DNA from: an uncultured Halobacteriales archaeon
GTDB lineage: Archaea; Thermoplasmatota; E2; JACPAO01; JAHFTW01
Reading direction: 5' to 3'
Length of the DNA: 64,000 nt
Assembly (NCBI GenBank): GCA_964627625.1
Contig: CAZVJB010000004.1
Span: 3,995 to 67,994 of the forward strand
Positions within the stretch are counted from its first letter, which is position 1, and every line of letters starts with the position of its first letter. Below, piece by piece: positions 55,051 through 64,000 of this stretch. The position numbers and the translations under genes were made by a program. Below the pieces are notes generated by a model. The model had not been told where the DNA came from. It saw only the letters and a list, made by a program, of their open reading frames with translations, and did no database searches.

Positions 55051-57225
55051 ATGCCTGCGGACACGGCCATGTGGATGTACATTCTCACGGCCGTATCGCT
55101 TGCCGTGTTCGCCTACGGTTTCTGGGAGATGGTGAAGGTCTGGCGCCTGGGCCGGTCGTGGAAGCCCGGCGACTGGCGCCGCGGCCTGGCGCGGCTCGCA
55201 ATCGGCATGGCCACCCACCGCAAATTCATGCAGGACAAGAAGCCTGGGACCATGCACTCATGGATTTTCTACGGCTTCGTCGTCCTCTTCATCGGAACCA
55301 CGATTGTCGCAATCGACTACGACATTTTTGAGGCCATCTTCAACAGCAAACTCCTCTACGGCAACCAATACCTCTTCTTCGAGGCCGTCATGGACATTTT
55401 CGGCGTTGTTCTCATCGTCGGCACCGGCTACGCCCTGTGGCGGCGCTACGTCGAACGCCCATCGCACCTGCACCGGACGGCGACACCTGAGGCACCGCGC
55501 TGGATGATGGGCATCGAGGCCGACGCTTATGCGCTAGTTTTCCTGTTGCTTATCGGCGTCACCGGGTTTTTCCTCGAAGCAATCCGTCTGCGGTACCAGG
55601 TGATGCACGACGGCATCAACTACGAAACTTGGTCCTTCGTTGGTGCCGCCATGGGATTCGGGATTCGTGGCCTGGACACCGGCCAACTGCTGACCATCTA
55701 CCCATTCATGTGGTGGTTACACTTCGCATTGTGGTCGTCCGTTCTGGCCGTCTTGCCATGGACCAAATTCAAGCACATCGTGACAAGTTCGCTCAACTTG
55801 TACTTCCACGACCCGCTGCGCCAGAGCCGCCCCGAATTGCCGGCACCATTCTCGCTTGCCAAAATCATTGAGTCGGGGTCGACAGATCTGCCGCCGGTAG
55901 GCTACCAGACCATTCGCGACTTCACGTGGAAGGACCGCCTCAGCCTCGACGCCTGCACCAACTGCGGCCGCTGCGAAGCGCAGTGCCCTGCCACCGCGGC
56001 CGGCCGCCCCCTGTCGCCGCGCAAACTCATACAAGACCTCAAGGCCGAGATGTGGAACGACTACCGTTGGGGCAAGGCCGCTGGAGCATCGCACACGCCG
56101 GCAAAGCTGACCCACGCGGCCGATGGGGCGGTAAGCGCGGCCCTGTCCGAGGCAACACTCTGGTCGTGCACCACGTGCAGGGCGTGCGTCACGGCCTGCC
56201 CCGTCGACATCGAACATGTCGACCTCATCATGGAGATGCGGCGCGGGCTTGTGATGGAAAACAAGCTCGACGAAAACCAGCAACGCCTGCTGGTCAACAT
56301 CACAAACGCAGGAAACCCGTACGGCTTCCCGGCATCCGACCGCGCCAACTGGACAGCGGGTCTTGCTCCTGGCGTGATTGTGCCGACCGTGGCCGAGAAG
56401 GCGGCGCGCGGCGAAAAGGCGGACTACCTGTGGTGGATCGGCTGTTCTGGATCCTACGACCCGCGTAACCAGCAGGTGACCCGCGCCATCGCAACCATCC
56501 TCAACGCCGGCGGCGTTGACTTTGCCATCCTGGGCAACGATGAGAAGTGCAACGGCGACCCGGCGCGGCGCATCGGCGAGGAGGGCCGCTTCCAGCAATC
56601 CGTCATGGAAAACATGGCAACCTTCCAGACCCACGGCGTCGTCAAGATCATCGCGCAATGCCCACACTGTTTCAGCACGCTGCGCAACGAGTACGCGCAA
56701 TTCGGGGCGAAACTCGAAGTCGTCCACCACAGCCAACTCATCGAGGACCTTGTCAAGGCCGGGCGCTTGAAACTAAAACCCGGCGCAGAACTCAAGATCA
56801 CGTACCACGATTCCTGCTACCTCATGCGGCACAACGGCGTTGCCGACGCTCCACGCAATGTCCTTGCAAAGGCCAACAATGGGTTGCCGGTGCTCGAAAT
56901 GGCGCAGAACCGCGAGAAAGGGTTGTGCTGCGGCGCGGGCGGGGCCAACATGTGGTACGAGGTCAAGGATGAGAAGGAACGCATCAACGTGATTCGCGCC
57001 AAGCAGGCTGCCGAAACCGGCGCGGACACCGTGGCGACGGCTTGCCCATTCTGCCTTACCATGATGACGGACGGCCTCAACCTCACCGGGCAGGAGGGCA
57101 AAATGTTGGCGCGTGATCTGGCCGAGATTGTGGCGGACCACCTCGACTGGACGCCGCCCGCACCGCCCGCACCGGTGCTGGTCGACGTCGCGGCGGGCGC
57201 AAGCGGCGGCGGATGGTCGGGCTAG
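55051..57225 (+). CDS. Membrane-anchored Fe-S oxidoreductase, EtfD-type (NarI-like TM domain + 2x[4Fe-4S] + CCG domains; HdrD/GlpC-like)
   Basis: N-terminal 5-6 TM with conserved His; CTNCGRCEAQCP and CTTCRACVTACP ferredoxin motifs; CCG-domain Cys clusters (CGCSGS..., CCGAGGAN...CPFC). Confidence 0.75.
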   Translation: MPADTAMWMYILTAVSLAVFAYGFWEMVKVWRLGRSWKPGDWRRGLARLAIGMATHRKFMQDKKPGTMHSWIFYGFVVLFIGTTIVAIDYDIFEAIFNSKLLYGNQYLFFEAVMDIFGVVLIVGTGYALWRRYVERPSHLHRTATPEAPRWMMGIEADAYALVFLLLIGVTGFFLEAIRLRYQVMHDGINYETWSFVGAAMGFGIRGLDTGQLLTIYPFMWWLHFALWSSVLAVLPWTKFKHIVTSSLNLYFHDPLRQSRPELPAPFSLAKIIESGSTDLPPVGYQTIRDFTWKDRLSLDACTNCGRCEAQCPATAAGRPLSPRKLIQDLKAEMWNDYRWGKAAGASHTPAKLTHAADGAVSAALSEATLWSCTTCRACVTACPVDIEHVDLIMEMRRGLVMENKLDENQQRLLVNITNAGNPYGFPASDRANWTAGLAPGVIVPTVAEKAARGEKADYLWWIGCSGSYDPRNQQVTRAIATILNAGGVDFAILGNDEKCNGDPARRIGEEGRFQQSVMENMATFQTHGVVKIIAQCPHCFSTLRNEYAQFGAKLEVVHHSQLIEDLVKAGRLKLKPGAELKITYHDSCYLMRHNGVADAPRNVLAKANNGLPVLEMAQNREKGLCCGAGGANMWYEVKDEKERINVIRAKQAAETGADTVATACPFCLTMMTDGLNLTGQEGKMLARDLAEIVADHLDWTPPAPPAPVLVDVAAGASGGGWSG

Positions 57226-57531
57226 CTCCCCACCGTCCGGCCCGAACCGCAGATTTCGCCGATTGACGATGGCATCGCGCTATGCCAGAACAACACATTC
57301 TGTGAAATCGGTTCCCGGTTAGCGGCCTGCACGACCATACAATTCCCACCAGGGAGCAGGTCCATGGTTCGGTGCAATCTGCGGTTGCCAATGCGGCGAC
57401 CCGACGACAGCACCCGGCGACGGCCCAATGCGCGCCATGGAAATACTCAGAAGCGCAGGTCGCGCCACTCTTTAGCAATTGTTCAGTCGAACGACCGCAG
57501 GAGTTAAATGGCGCTGGACCAAGTCGGCAAC

Positions 57532-58878
57532 ATGCGCGGCAAGAGTTTGTTCTGCCTTATGGCACTCGGGGTCCTTTTCGTGGCTTGCGTGCCGGCCACA
57601 AGTGCCCAAACGGGGGCAGAAGGCCTCACGAATCCGACGAAGCCAACCATGACGTCGCTGTACTTCCACATCTTCGATACCTTCAACGCCTTCCCCATCA
57701 ACACACAAGTTCCCCTACCGGACGGCTTCTTCGAGGTCGGCGGAACCAACTTTCCGACCGTCGTAAACGGCGAAGCCGAACAAAATTACGACTTCAATAC
57801 AATCTACGGTTTTGCCACATCGGGCCCGGTTGAATACAACTTCCTTGAGAACGGCCAACCCCGTTTCCACCCTGAACGCGGCATCGCGAGGGAGGTCAAA
57901 ATAGACCCGAACACGCCGGCCTTTGCCTACATCTACATCGATGTCCGCGATGTTCTTGGCGGACAATCGACGAACGTTCTGCCACGGTTCACCGTGAAGG
58001 TCATGATGCGCGACGGCAACCAGGTTGGCCCCGACAGTGACCTCGACGCCAACCCGGAAATCATGTCGGGCTCGTTGACGGCCTACCTGTGGAGCGAGAA
58101 AACCGCGCCCCCGGTCACGACAATCCAAGATCCCGGCTGCCCCGGCGGATCCTGCCCAGTCTTGTGGAGTCCCGACGGCACAATCGAATACAAAATTCCG
58201 CTCGTGTTCAAGGACCCGGTGGCGCCCAAGATCACGAAGCAGGACGCTTACAACGTCCGCGTCGACTGGTACCAGAACCCGACGGGCGACCCGGCCCACA
58301 ACGACAAGTACGCGGAAGGGTATATGCGCCTCGTCTCGACCAACACGTACCACCCTCGCATCACGATGGCGGTCACGAACCCAGTCTACATGGCGTTCAT
58401 CCACCCGGAAGTCGCAGCCGGCATCCTGATGATTCACACGGCTGCGAACTCACCGTGGGGCACGTACGACATCGATGTTGCGAACATGACGGTCGAAGTC
58501 ACCGGCCCCTCCACGCCCCGTGACCTGCCCGTCTACGTCGCACAAAACATGCACGTGCACGACCTGCATGACCAAAATGCTGAAGTCACGTACCTGTGGC
58601 GCTTCCGCGCGGACGACGCGACCGTCGAAGGTGGACCGGCCCGTGAAGGCGACTACAACATCAGGGTCACCGTCCAGAACATGAACCACACAGCAACCGC
58701 CATCGCTGTTGGGTCGTTCCACGTGGACGCCAAGTCGGCTTATGGGATTGACGAGAACCGTCAGGTTGTCACCAACGTCATCGGGGAAGACCAAGGGCAA
58801 TCGTCGCCGGGCGCGTCGCTTCTGGTCATCGTCGTCCTCATCGCTGGCGCGGTCGCCATCCGACGCCGCAAGGCCTGA
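57532..58878 (+). CDS. Secreted surface protein with C-terminal TM/Arg anchor
   Basis: Signal peptide MRGKSLFCLMALGVLFVACVPATSA; C-terminus LLVIVVLIAGAVAIRRRKA. Confidence 0.55.
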   Translation: MRGKSLFCLMALGVLFVACVPATSAQTGAEGLTNPTKPTMTSLYFHIFDTFNAFPINTQVPLPDGFFEVGGTNFPTVVNGEAEQNYDFNTIYGFATSGPVEYNFLENGQPRFHPERGIAREVKIDPNTPAFAYIYIDVRDVLGGQSTNVLPRFTVKVMMRDGNQVGPDSDLDANPEIMSGSLTAYLWSEKTAPPVTTIQDPGCPGGSCPVLWSPDGTIEYKIPLVFKDPVAPKITKQDAYNVRVDWYQNPTGDPAHNDKYAEGYMRLVSTNTYHPRITMAVTNPVYMAFIHPEVAAGILMIHTAANSPWGTYDIDVANMTVEVTGPSTPRDLPVYVAQNMHVHDLHDQNAEVTYLWRFRADDATVEGGPAREGDYNIRVTVQNMNHTATAIAVGSFHVDAKSAYGIDENRQVVTNVIGEDQGQSSPGASLLVIVVLIAGAVAIRRRKA

Positions 58879-58950
58879 GGAGGGAAGGCTACGATGAACC
58901 TCGCCCGCACGAACCAGGCGCCCCGCCGCTGCACACGGAATCGTCCGGGC

Positions 58951-59913
58951 ATGCGACCCCTCACTTTGGTCACTGTCGGCCTTGTCCTAGCCGTTGCCAT
59001 GGCCGGCTGCGCTGGCAAACCGTCCCCTGAGGTGACAACAGGTGGCCTCGAACCCATCCATGAGGGCAAGGGCGCCATTTCGGGGCTTGTAATTGACGAC
59101 CGGTTCCGCCCAGTCCCGGACGCCCTCGTTCTTCTCACTCCGCTGGGTTTGACGACGACGAGCGACTCCGAGGGCCAGTTCCAGTTCGGCAACCTGGCCC
59201 CAGGCGCCTTCGTCCTCCAGGTCAACGCTGACGGCCACGAAGCGACCCCGATATCGGTCGACGTTGTTCCCGACGAATATACCGACGTGGAGGTCGAGGC
59301 GCGCCGCACCTTCTCTATCGACGGACAGATCATCGTGACGCAGTACTCCGTCTTTTCCCCCTGCATGCAGTCAGCGGTGTTCTACGCCTTGGTCGACAAC
59401 TACTGCATGCCGGACGGATCAGGCGACAGTTACCGGCCCGGCATCACCGTCGACTTCCGCAAGCAGAAGTCAAACATCACTTATCTCGTCTCGGAAATCA
59501 AGCTCAACCAACCGGACACTTTCGTCTTCGTCGTGCGCTGCGCCAGCAGCGGCTTCGGCTGTGGAGAATACGGCTATGTCAACACGACGGGGACCGACTA
59601 CGGCCGCGTCATCATGAAGAACAAGGCCAACTATATGCACACGGCGAACTCCGTCAACTGGACGAATAAGGATCCTATCGACGGCTTGCTGTTCTATTAT
59701 GGGACCGGCGGGCCGGAAATCACGACCGTCGCACGGCCGGTGGGCTGCACGCTGCCGCCCATGGAGGATCCGCTAAGTGGGAAGCCGTGGCTTTGCCGCG
59801 ACTACTACGGGGCCGGCGCCAAGTTCGGCGTCAAAGCCAAAATTGTGATGAGTGCCTTCCTTGGCGAACCAGAGGTCGGCATCGAGTCCTACAACGTGCT
59901 TGGCGGCCCCTAG
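58951..59913 (+). CDS. Paralog 1 of a 4-member tandem lipoprotein family (CarboxypepD_reg-like N-domain + Cys-containing C-domain)
   Basis: Lipobox AMAGCAG; IDDRFRPVPDALVLLTPLGLTTTSDSEGQFQFGNLAPGAFVLQV (prealbumin/CarboxypepD_reg-like beta-sandwich); C-terminal GAGAKFGVKAKIV...IESYNVL. Confidence 0.6.
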   Translation: MRPLTLVTVGLVLAVAMAGCAGKPSPEVTTGGLEPIHEGKGAISGLVIDDRFRPVPDALVLLTPLGLTTTSDSEGQFQFGNLAPGAFVLQVNADGHEATPISVDVVPDEYTDVEVEARRTFSIDGQIIVTQYSVFSPCMQSAVFYALVDNYCMPDGSGDSYRPGITVDFRKQKSNITYLVSEIKLNQPDTFVFVVRCASSGFGCGEYGYVNTTGTDYGRVIMKNKANYMHTANSVNWTNKDPIDGLLFYYGTGGPEITTVARPVGCTLPPMEDPLSGKPWLCRDYYGAGAKFGVKAKIVMSAFLGEPEVGIESYNVLGGP

Positions 59914-59999
59914 GACCAGCACGGCCCTCTCGGAGGGAAACGCGGCCCCACGCCACAAGTTACTTGAGCCAGGGGTTCTATTTGTTGAACGTGGGCAAC

Positions 60000-60959
60000 A
60001 TGCGTACGCTTCCTGTCTTCGGGCTTGCAAGCCTTCTCGTCGTGACGGTCTTGGCCGGCTGCGCCAGTAATTCGTCCTCGAACCAAGGCGATGGGTCCGG
60101 GCTGCCAGAGCTTGCCGCCGACAAGGGCGCCATCGCGGGCATTGTCATCGACGACCGCTTCCGCCCCGTTCCTGACGCCCTGGTCCTTCTGACCCCTGGC
60201 GGCTTCACCACGACCTCGGATTCCGAAGGCCAATTTTCTTTCGGCAACTTGCCGCCCGGCTCCTACGTAATCCAAGTCCAGGCCGATGACCACGAAGCCG
60301 CACCCCAAAACGCCGACGTCGTCGCCGGAGAATACACGGATGCCGAGGTCGAAGCCCGCCGCATCTTCAGCGACGACGGCAACGTCATCACGACGCAGTT
60401 CTCCGTGTTCATCCCGTGCGCCGCCTCCTTTGTGGCCAACGGCGTCGTCGCCAACTGCTTGCTCGACGGCTCCGGCGACACGTACCGCCCCGGCTTCACG
60501 ATGAAGGCCCTCAACAAGTCGCTTGACTGGACGGTCTTGGTGACCGAGATGCTGGCCAATCAGAAGGCGACCTACAGCGTGCAAGTTCGGCACGATAACG
60601 GCGAACCCGCCGGCGGCGAGCGCTACTCCGTCGCCCATGTCGACCAGGGCGTCTACGCGAAGATGGTCAACTGGCGCGGCAAGGTCAACGACGTCGACAA
60701 TGCACAACGCAGCAACGTGCCATTCAACGGGACTAAGCCGTACGCCACCATCCTGTTTCTGACTGGCGATAATTCGGAGGATGCGCAAGAGGTGTTCGAC
60801 ACGGTGTGTCAACCGTCCGTTCCTGAAACCTGCCGCACGGCCACGGGCGCCGGGGCGGCGTTTGGCATCAAGGCCAAATTCGTGCAATCGCTCTTCATCG
60901 GCGAACCGGCAACGCCCATCGCTACCTATTGTACCCTGGCGCCCAACGGCTGCGCCTAG
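60000..60959 (+). CDS. Paralog 2 of tandem lipoprotein family
   Basis: Lipobox VLAGCAS; about 75% identity to paralog 1 in the N-domain by eye, more diverged C-domain; ends IATYCTLAPNGCA. Confidence 0.6.
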   Translation: MRTLPVFGLASLLVVTVLAGCASNSSSNQGDGSGLPELAADKGAIAGIVIDDRFRPVPDALVLLTPGGFTTTSDSEGQFSFGNLPPGSYVIQVQADDHEAAPQNADVVAGEYTDAEVEARRIFSDDGNVITTQFSVFIPCAASFVANGVVANCLLDGSGDTYRPGFTMKALNKSLDWTVLVTEMLANQKATYSVQVRHDNGEPAGGERYSVAHVDQGVYAKMVNWRGKVNDVDNAQRSNVPFNGTKPYATILFLTGDNSEDAQEVFDTVCQPSVPETCRTATGAGAAFGIKAKFVQSLFIGEPATPIATYCTLAPNGCA

Positions 60960-61023
60960 AGGCCCGCTGGATTGCACAAGGAAGCGCCTACAACATTCAT
61001 AAAGGTGGACGGCACCGCCAGGG

Positions 61024-62004
61024 GTGATGAGAGCCCGCCGCATGCCGCTGTTCTTGGTCGTCCTGGCAATCGTGCTGGCGGGGTGCAGCTCCCAGTCCGC
61101 AAGTTCGGACGACGATGGCGCTCGTGCAATTCTTCCCCCGGACAAGGGTGGAATCGCCTGTATCGTCATCGACGACCGCTTCCGGCCAATTCCGGACGCG
61201 TTCATCCTCCTCACGCCGCTTGGGCTTACCACGACCAGTGACTCCGAAGGACAGTGCACGTTCCGTGATCTCGACCCCGGCGCGTACGTCATCCAGATTC
61301 AAGTCAAAGACCATGAAGCCGCACCCAGGGCCGTCGATGTCGTGGCGGGAGAATACACCGAAGTCGAGGCCGAGGCCCGCCGGACTTTTGGCAACGACCC
61401 CTACTCCGTGACGACGCAGTACTCGGTCTTCATCGGTTGCGCATTCAGCACCATCGATTCCACCACCATTGGAAACCCTGTCACGGGCGACGATTGCCTG
61501 CTTGACCAGTCCGGCGACTCAAGCCGCGCCGGTTTCGCGTCGGATTACCTCGTCCACAAGGAAAACGCCACATTCCTCGTGACCGAGATGAAATCCAACC
61601 ACAAGGCGACGACCTCCAACGGCGCCTTCAAAGTGGTCGTGCGCAAGGCGGGCGTGCAAGACCCCCGGTACGCAAGCAAGTTCACGGTGGACGGCGACTA
61701 CCTCCGGCTGACTTTGAAGTATGGCAACATCTCGCTGGACGACACCGAGAACCGCAACGTTGCGTGGAAGAACAAGGACGTAATCGAGACAGTCCTCTTC
61801 CCCCAGGGCGGATTCAAGTCGGAAACGCAACAGGTCCTCGACGCGGAATGCAGTGTTGACCCAACGGGCTTTGGCTGCTTTGAATCCCGCGGACTCGGCG
61901 CCCAATTCGGCATCAAGGCGAAATTCGTCCAGACGCTGTTTATTGGCCCGCCAAGCGTCAACATCGAGACGTACTGCGTCCTGGCAGAATCCTGTTCGGG
62001 GTAG
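61024..62004 (+). CDS. Paralog 3 of tandem lipoprotein family
   Basis: Lipobox VLAGCSS; same two-domain layout; ends IETYCVLAESCSG. Confidence 0.6.
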   Translation: MMRARRMPLFLVVLAIVLAGCSSQSASSDDDGARAILPPDKGGIACIVIDDRFRPIPDAFILLTPLGLTTTSDSEGQCTFRDLDPGAYVIQIQVKDHEAAPRAVDVVAGEYTEVEAEARRTFGNDPYSVTTQYSVFIGCAFSTIDSTTIGNPVTGDDCLLDQSGDSSRAGFASDYLVHKENATFLVTEMKSNHKATTSNGAFKVVVRKAGVQDPRYASKFTVDGDYLRLTLKYGNISLDDTENRNVAWKNKDVIETVLFPQGGFKSETQQVLDAECSVDPTGFGCFESRGLGAQFGIKAKFVQTLFIGPPSVNIETYCVLAESCSG

Positions 62005-62096
62005 CCCAAATTGGCGCAGCCCATATACGAGATGGGATAGCTTCCTTCGACAACGCCGCAACAAACTTCATATGTTAGGAAGGGCAGAAGTTTGCC

Positions 62097-63035
62097 ATGG
62101 AGTTCAAGGGCTTAGCCCTCGGTCTGGTGTTCATCTGCGCAGTTCTTGCGGGTTGCGGCGGCAAATCGGACTCCAGCGGCGATGCCGGTGCACCGCTTCC
62201 ACCGGACAAGGGCGCAATCCGTGGTGTCACGATTGATGACCGGTTCCGGCCGGTGCCGGACGCCGAAATGCTGCTTTTCCCAATCGGACTTACCACAACC
62301 AGCGGCGTTGACGGGGAGTTCGAATTCCTGAACCTCGCCCCCGGCGCCTACGTACTCCGGGTCCAAGCGGACGGGCACGAAGCTTCACCGATATCGGTCG
62401 ACGCCGTGGCTGGCGAATACACCGAGGTCGAAGCCGTCGCGAGGCGCGTTTTCAGTTCCGAAGGCGCCGTCCTTGTGACCCAATATTCGGTCTTCATCGA
62501 CTGTTCATTCGAGGCGCTTGCCATTGCAGGAACAGGCGCCGGTTGCATGGCCGACCAATCCGGGGACTCGACCCGGACAGGGTTTGACACGGATCTGGAC
62601 CCAGCCGACGCGAACATCACCACGTACATGGTGACGGAAATCCTGTACAACAAGCAGGCCGACGCCCCCGGCCAGGGTGGCTACGGCGTCGTAATCGGCG
62701 TCCTTGACTCAAGCAACTTCTTCGAGATCTACTACGCCGAATCAGACCTCATCAAGGGCACCTACCAACGCATCCAGAACGAGGCAGGCAAGGTCAACAA
62801 CCGGACTGACGAAGACGTTGGCGGCCGCAATGTCAAATGGCCCCCGGGGAAGCTGTTTACCACGGCGATTTTCCCGCACGGGACTGGATACACTGAACTG
62901 CAGAACAACCCGACCGGCATCGGCCTGTGGGGGGCCGGTGCATCCGTCGGCGTCAAGGCCAAAATAGTGCAATCCATTTTCCTAGGTCCCCCCAACGCCG
63001 ATATCGAGACCTATTGCGTGCTCTGCCCCAAGTAG
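62097..63035 (+). CDS. Paralog 4 of tandem lipoprotein family
   Basis: Lipobox VLAGCGG; same layout; ends IETYCVLCPK. Confidence 0.6.
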   Translation: MEFKGLALGLVFICAVLAGCGGKSDSSGDAGAPLPPDKGAIRGVTIDDRFRPVPDAEMLLFPIGLTTTSGVDGEFEFLNLAPGAYVLRVQADGHEASPISVDAVAGEYTEVEAVARRVFSSEGAVLVTQYSVFIDCSFEALAIAGTGAGCMADQSGDSTRTGFDTDLDPADANITTYMVTEILYNKQADAPGQGGYGVVIGVLDSSNFFEIYYAESDLIKGTYQRIQNEAGKVNNRTDEDVGGRNVKWPPGKLFTTAIFPHGTGYTELQNNPTGIGLWGAGASVGVKAKIVQSIFLGPPNADIETYCVLCPK

Positions 63036-63148
63036 CGCGCCCCCCAATTGCTTAAAATCCCCCCTGGTGTCGCGCGCCTAGGAATATGGCAGGCGTCCGC
63101 CCTGCCGACGGGAGACAGCCCCATCGCCTCGGGCGACGCCGGGGTTTT

Positions 63149-63219
63149 GGGGAGGTAGCAAAGTGGCCATGCACGGGACTGCAGATCCTGTGACGGGGGT
63201 TCGAATCCCTCTCTCCCCT
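63149..63219 (+). tRNA. tRNA-Cys (anticodon GCA)
   Basis: Hand-folded: acceptor GGGGAGG/UCUCCCC (one G-U), D-loop with GG, anticodon stem CGGGA/UCCUG with loop CUGCAGA (anticodon GCA), T-arm GGGGG-UUCGAAU-CCCUC, discriminator U. Confidence 0.7.
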
Positions 63220-63223
63220 TGCC

Positions 63224-64000
63224 ATGCTCGCCCAATGCCGCACGCACGGATTTTACAGAGGAGAGAACTGCCCGCTTTGCGATACCGCCGGTCGCTTCGT
63301 CATGAAGGACTTCGAGATTGACCGCATCGGCCGCATGATGGCCGGCATCCTGCGCCACTTCCCGGAGCGCTTCGGCCTCACAATGGATGGGCGCGGCTGG
63401 GTCGACCTGAACGAATTCGTGAACTCCATTCGCGCAAGCCGCCCGAACTACGCCCGCTGGCTGCGCCCCGAGCACATTCAGGCCCTCGTCGAAACGGACG
63501 AGAAGGGCCGTTACCAGATTGACGGCGGCATGGTTCGCGCCACGTACGCCCACTCGGTGAACGTCAACTTGGACGATCTGCCGGAAGCCAACGTGGACAC
63601 CCTGTATTTCCCGGTCGCCGAGGAGGAATTGGACCTTGTCCTCGAAACTGGCCTGCGCCCCAGCGACCGCAACATGATTCACTTGTCGGCAACACCGGAC
63701 AAGGCCTACAGTGCCGGCCGCGTGCACAACCCCGACCCCATCCTGCTGCAAGTCAATGTGCGGGGCTCAACCGACGCGGGCAACTTCATTTTTCGCGCCG
63801 GCAAATCCGTCTACATCACCCAAGCCGTCGAACCGGACTACCTTAGCAAGTTCGACAACGAGGACGCCATGGTCCAATTGCGCGCCGAGTTCGGCTCCAG
63901 CGCCTCTGATGCCGAGAAGAAGGCCGCGGAGGAAAAGGCGGCCGCCGAGCGAGCTGCGCAGGCGCCGTCTCCGGAAGAGGGAGAGACCATCGCCCCGAAG
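63224..64000 (+). CDS. kptA: RNA 2'-phosphotransferase KptA/Tpt1 with N-terminal zinc-ribbon extension; 3' end beyond window
   Basis: Not in ORF track (no stop in window). Frame from ATG 63224 reads MLAQCRTHGFYRGENCPLCD...MKDFEIDRIGRMMAGILRHFPERFGLTMDGRGWVDL...NMIHLSATPDKAYSAGRVH...; matches Tpt1 motifs (LRHxPE, GWV, HxS/T). Starts 4 nt after tRNA-Cys; true start may be the internal Met at about 63302. Confidence 0.7.
   Translation, partial: MLAQCRTHGFYRGENCPLCDTAGRFVMKDFEIDRIGRMMAGILRHFPERFGLTMDGRGWVDLNEFVNSIRASRPNYARWLRPEHIQALVETDEKGRYQIDGGMVRATYAHSVNVNLDDLPEANVDTLYFPVAEEELDLVLETGLRPSDRNMIHLSATPDKAYSAGRVHNPDPILLQVNVRGSTDAGNFIFRAGKSVYITQAVEPDYLSKFDNEDAMVQLRAEFGSSASDAEKKAAEEKAAAERAAQAPSPEEGETIAPK

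Noticed and set aside
63011-63751. 246-aa minus ORF at the window end
   Set aside because: Antisense to the tRNA-Cys and to the KptA reading frame, which has clear family motifs; V/A/G-rich artefact.
1-64000. CRISPR arrays
   Set aside because: No evenly spaced short direct repeats with unique spacers were seen anywhere; the repeats found are irregular in spacing and length.

Overview
High-G+C archaeal chromosomal segment (window G+C well above 60% by eye). Archaeal identity rests on the ribosomal L1-L10(P0)-L12(P1) operon with the shared acidic P0/P1 tail, S6e, aIF2-gamma, FolE2/MptA and a split guaA-A. Proteins are not strongly acidic, so haloarchaea are unlikely; a Thermoplasmatota-like or other euryarchaeal origin fits, but I cannot assign a taxon. 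The window is gene-dense on both strands. Recognisable content: a two-component sensor operon; a dispersed preQ0/archaeosine precursor set (folE2, queD, queC, queE) interleaved with membrane proteins; a translationally coupled FolE2 - HAD phosphatase - PrsW protease chain next to two zinc-ribbon/DUF membrane proteins; fatty-acid oxidation genes (acyl-CoA synthetase, ACAD, etfBA plus an EtfD-type membrane Fe-S oxidoreductase); an iron module (DtxR, FTR1, lipoprotein); many secreted/lipoprotein/surface proteins with TM+Arg-rich C-terminal anchors; a VapBC-like pair, an RHH+nucleotidyltransferase pair and a Fic protein; a tRNA-Ser followed by a lower-G+C GmrSD-like (DUF262/DUF1524) type IV restriction gene; and a tandem array of four diverged paralogous lipoproteins ending at a tRNA-Cys that directly abuts a KptA/Tpt1 gene. 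Two ORF-poor regions (330-1476 and 19640-20135) carry related repeated sequence elements and look like uncharacterised non-coding loci. Many long ORFs in the six-frame track are high-G+C antisense artefacts and were rejected. Internal start codons were chosen by homology logic and signal-peptide position, so coordinates at gene starts are approximate.
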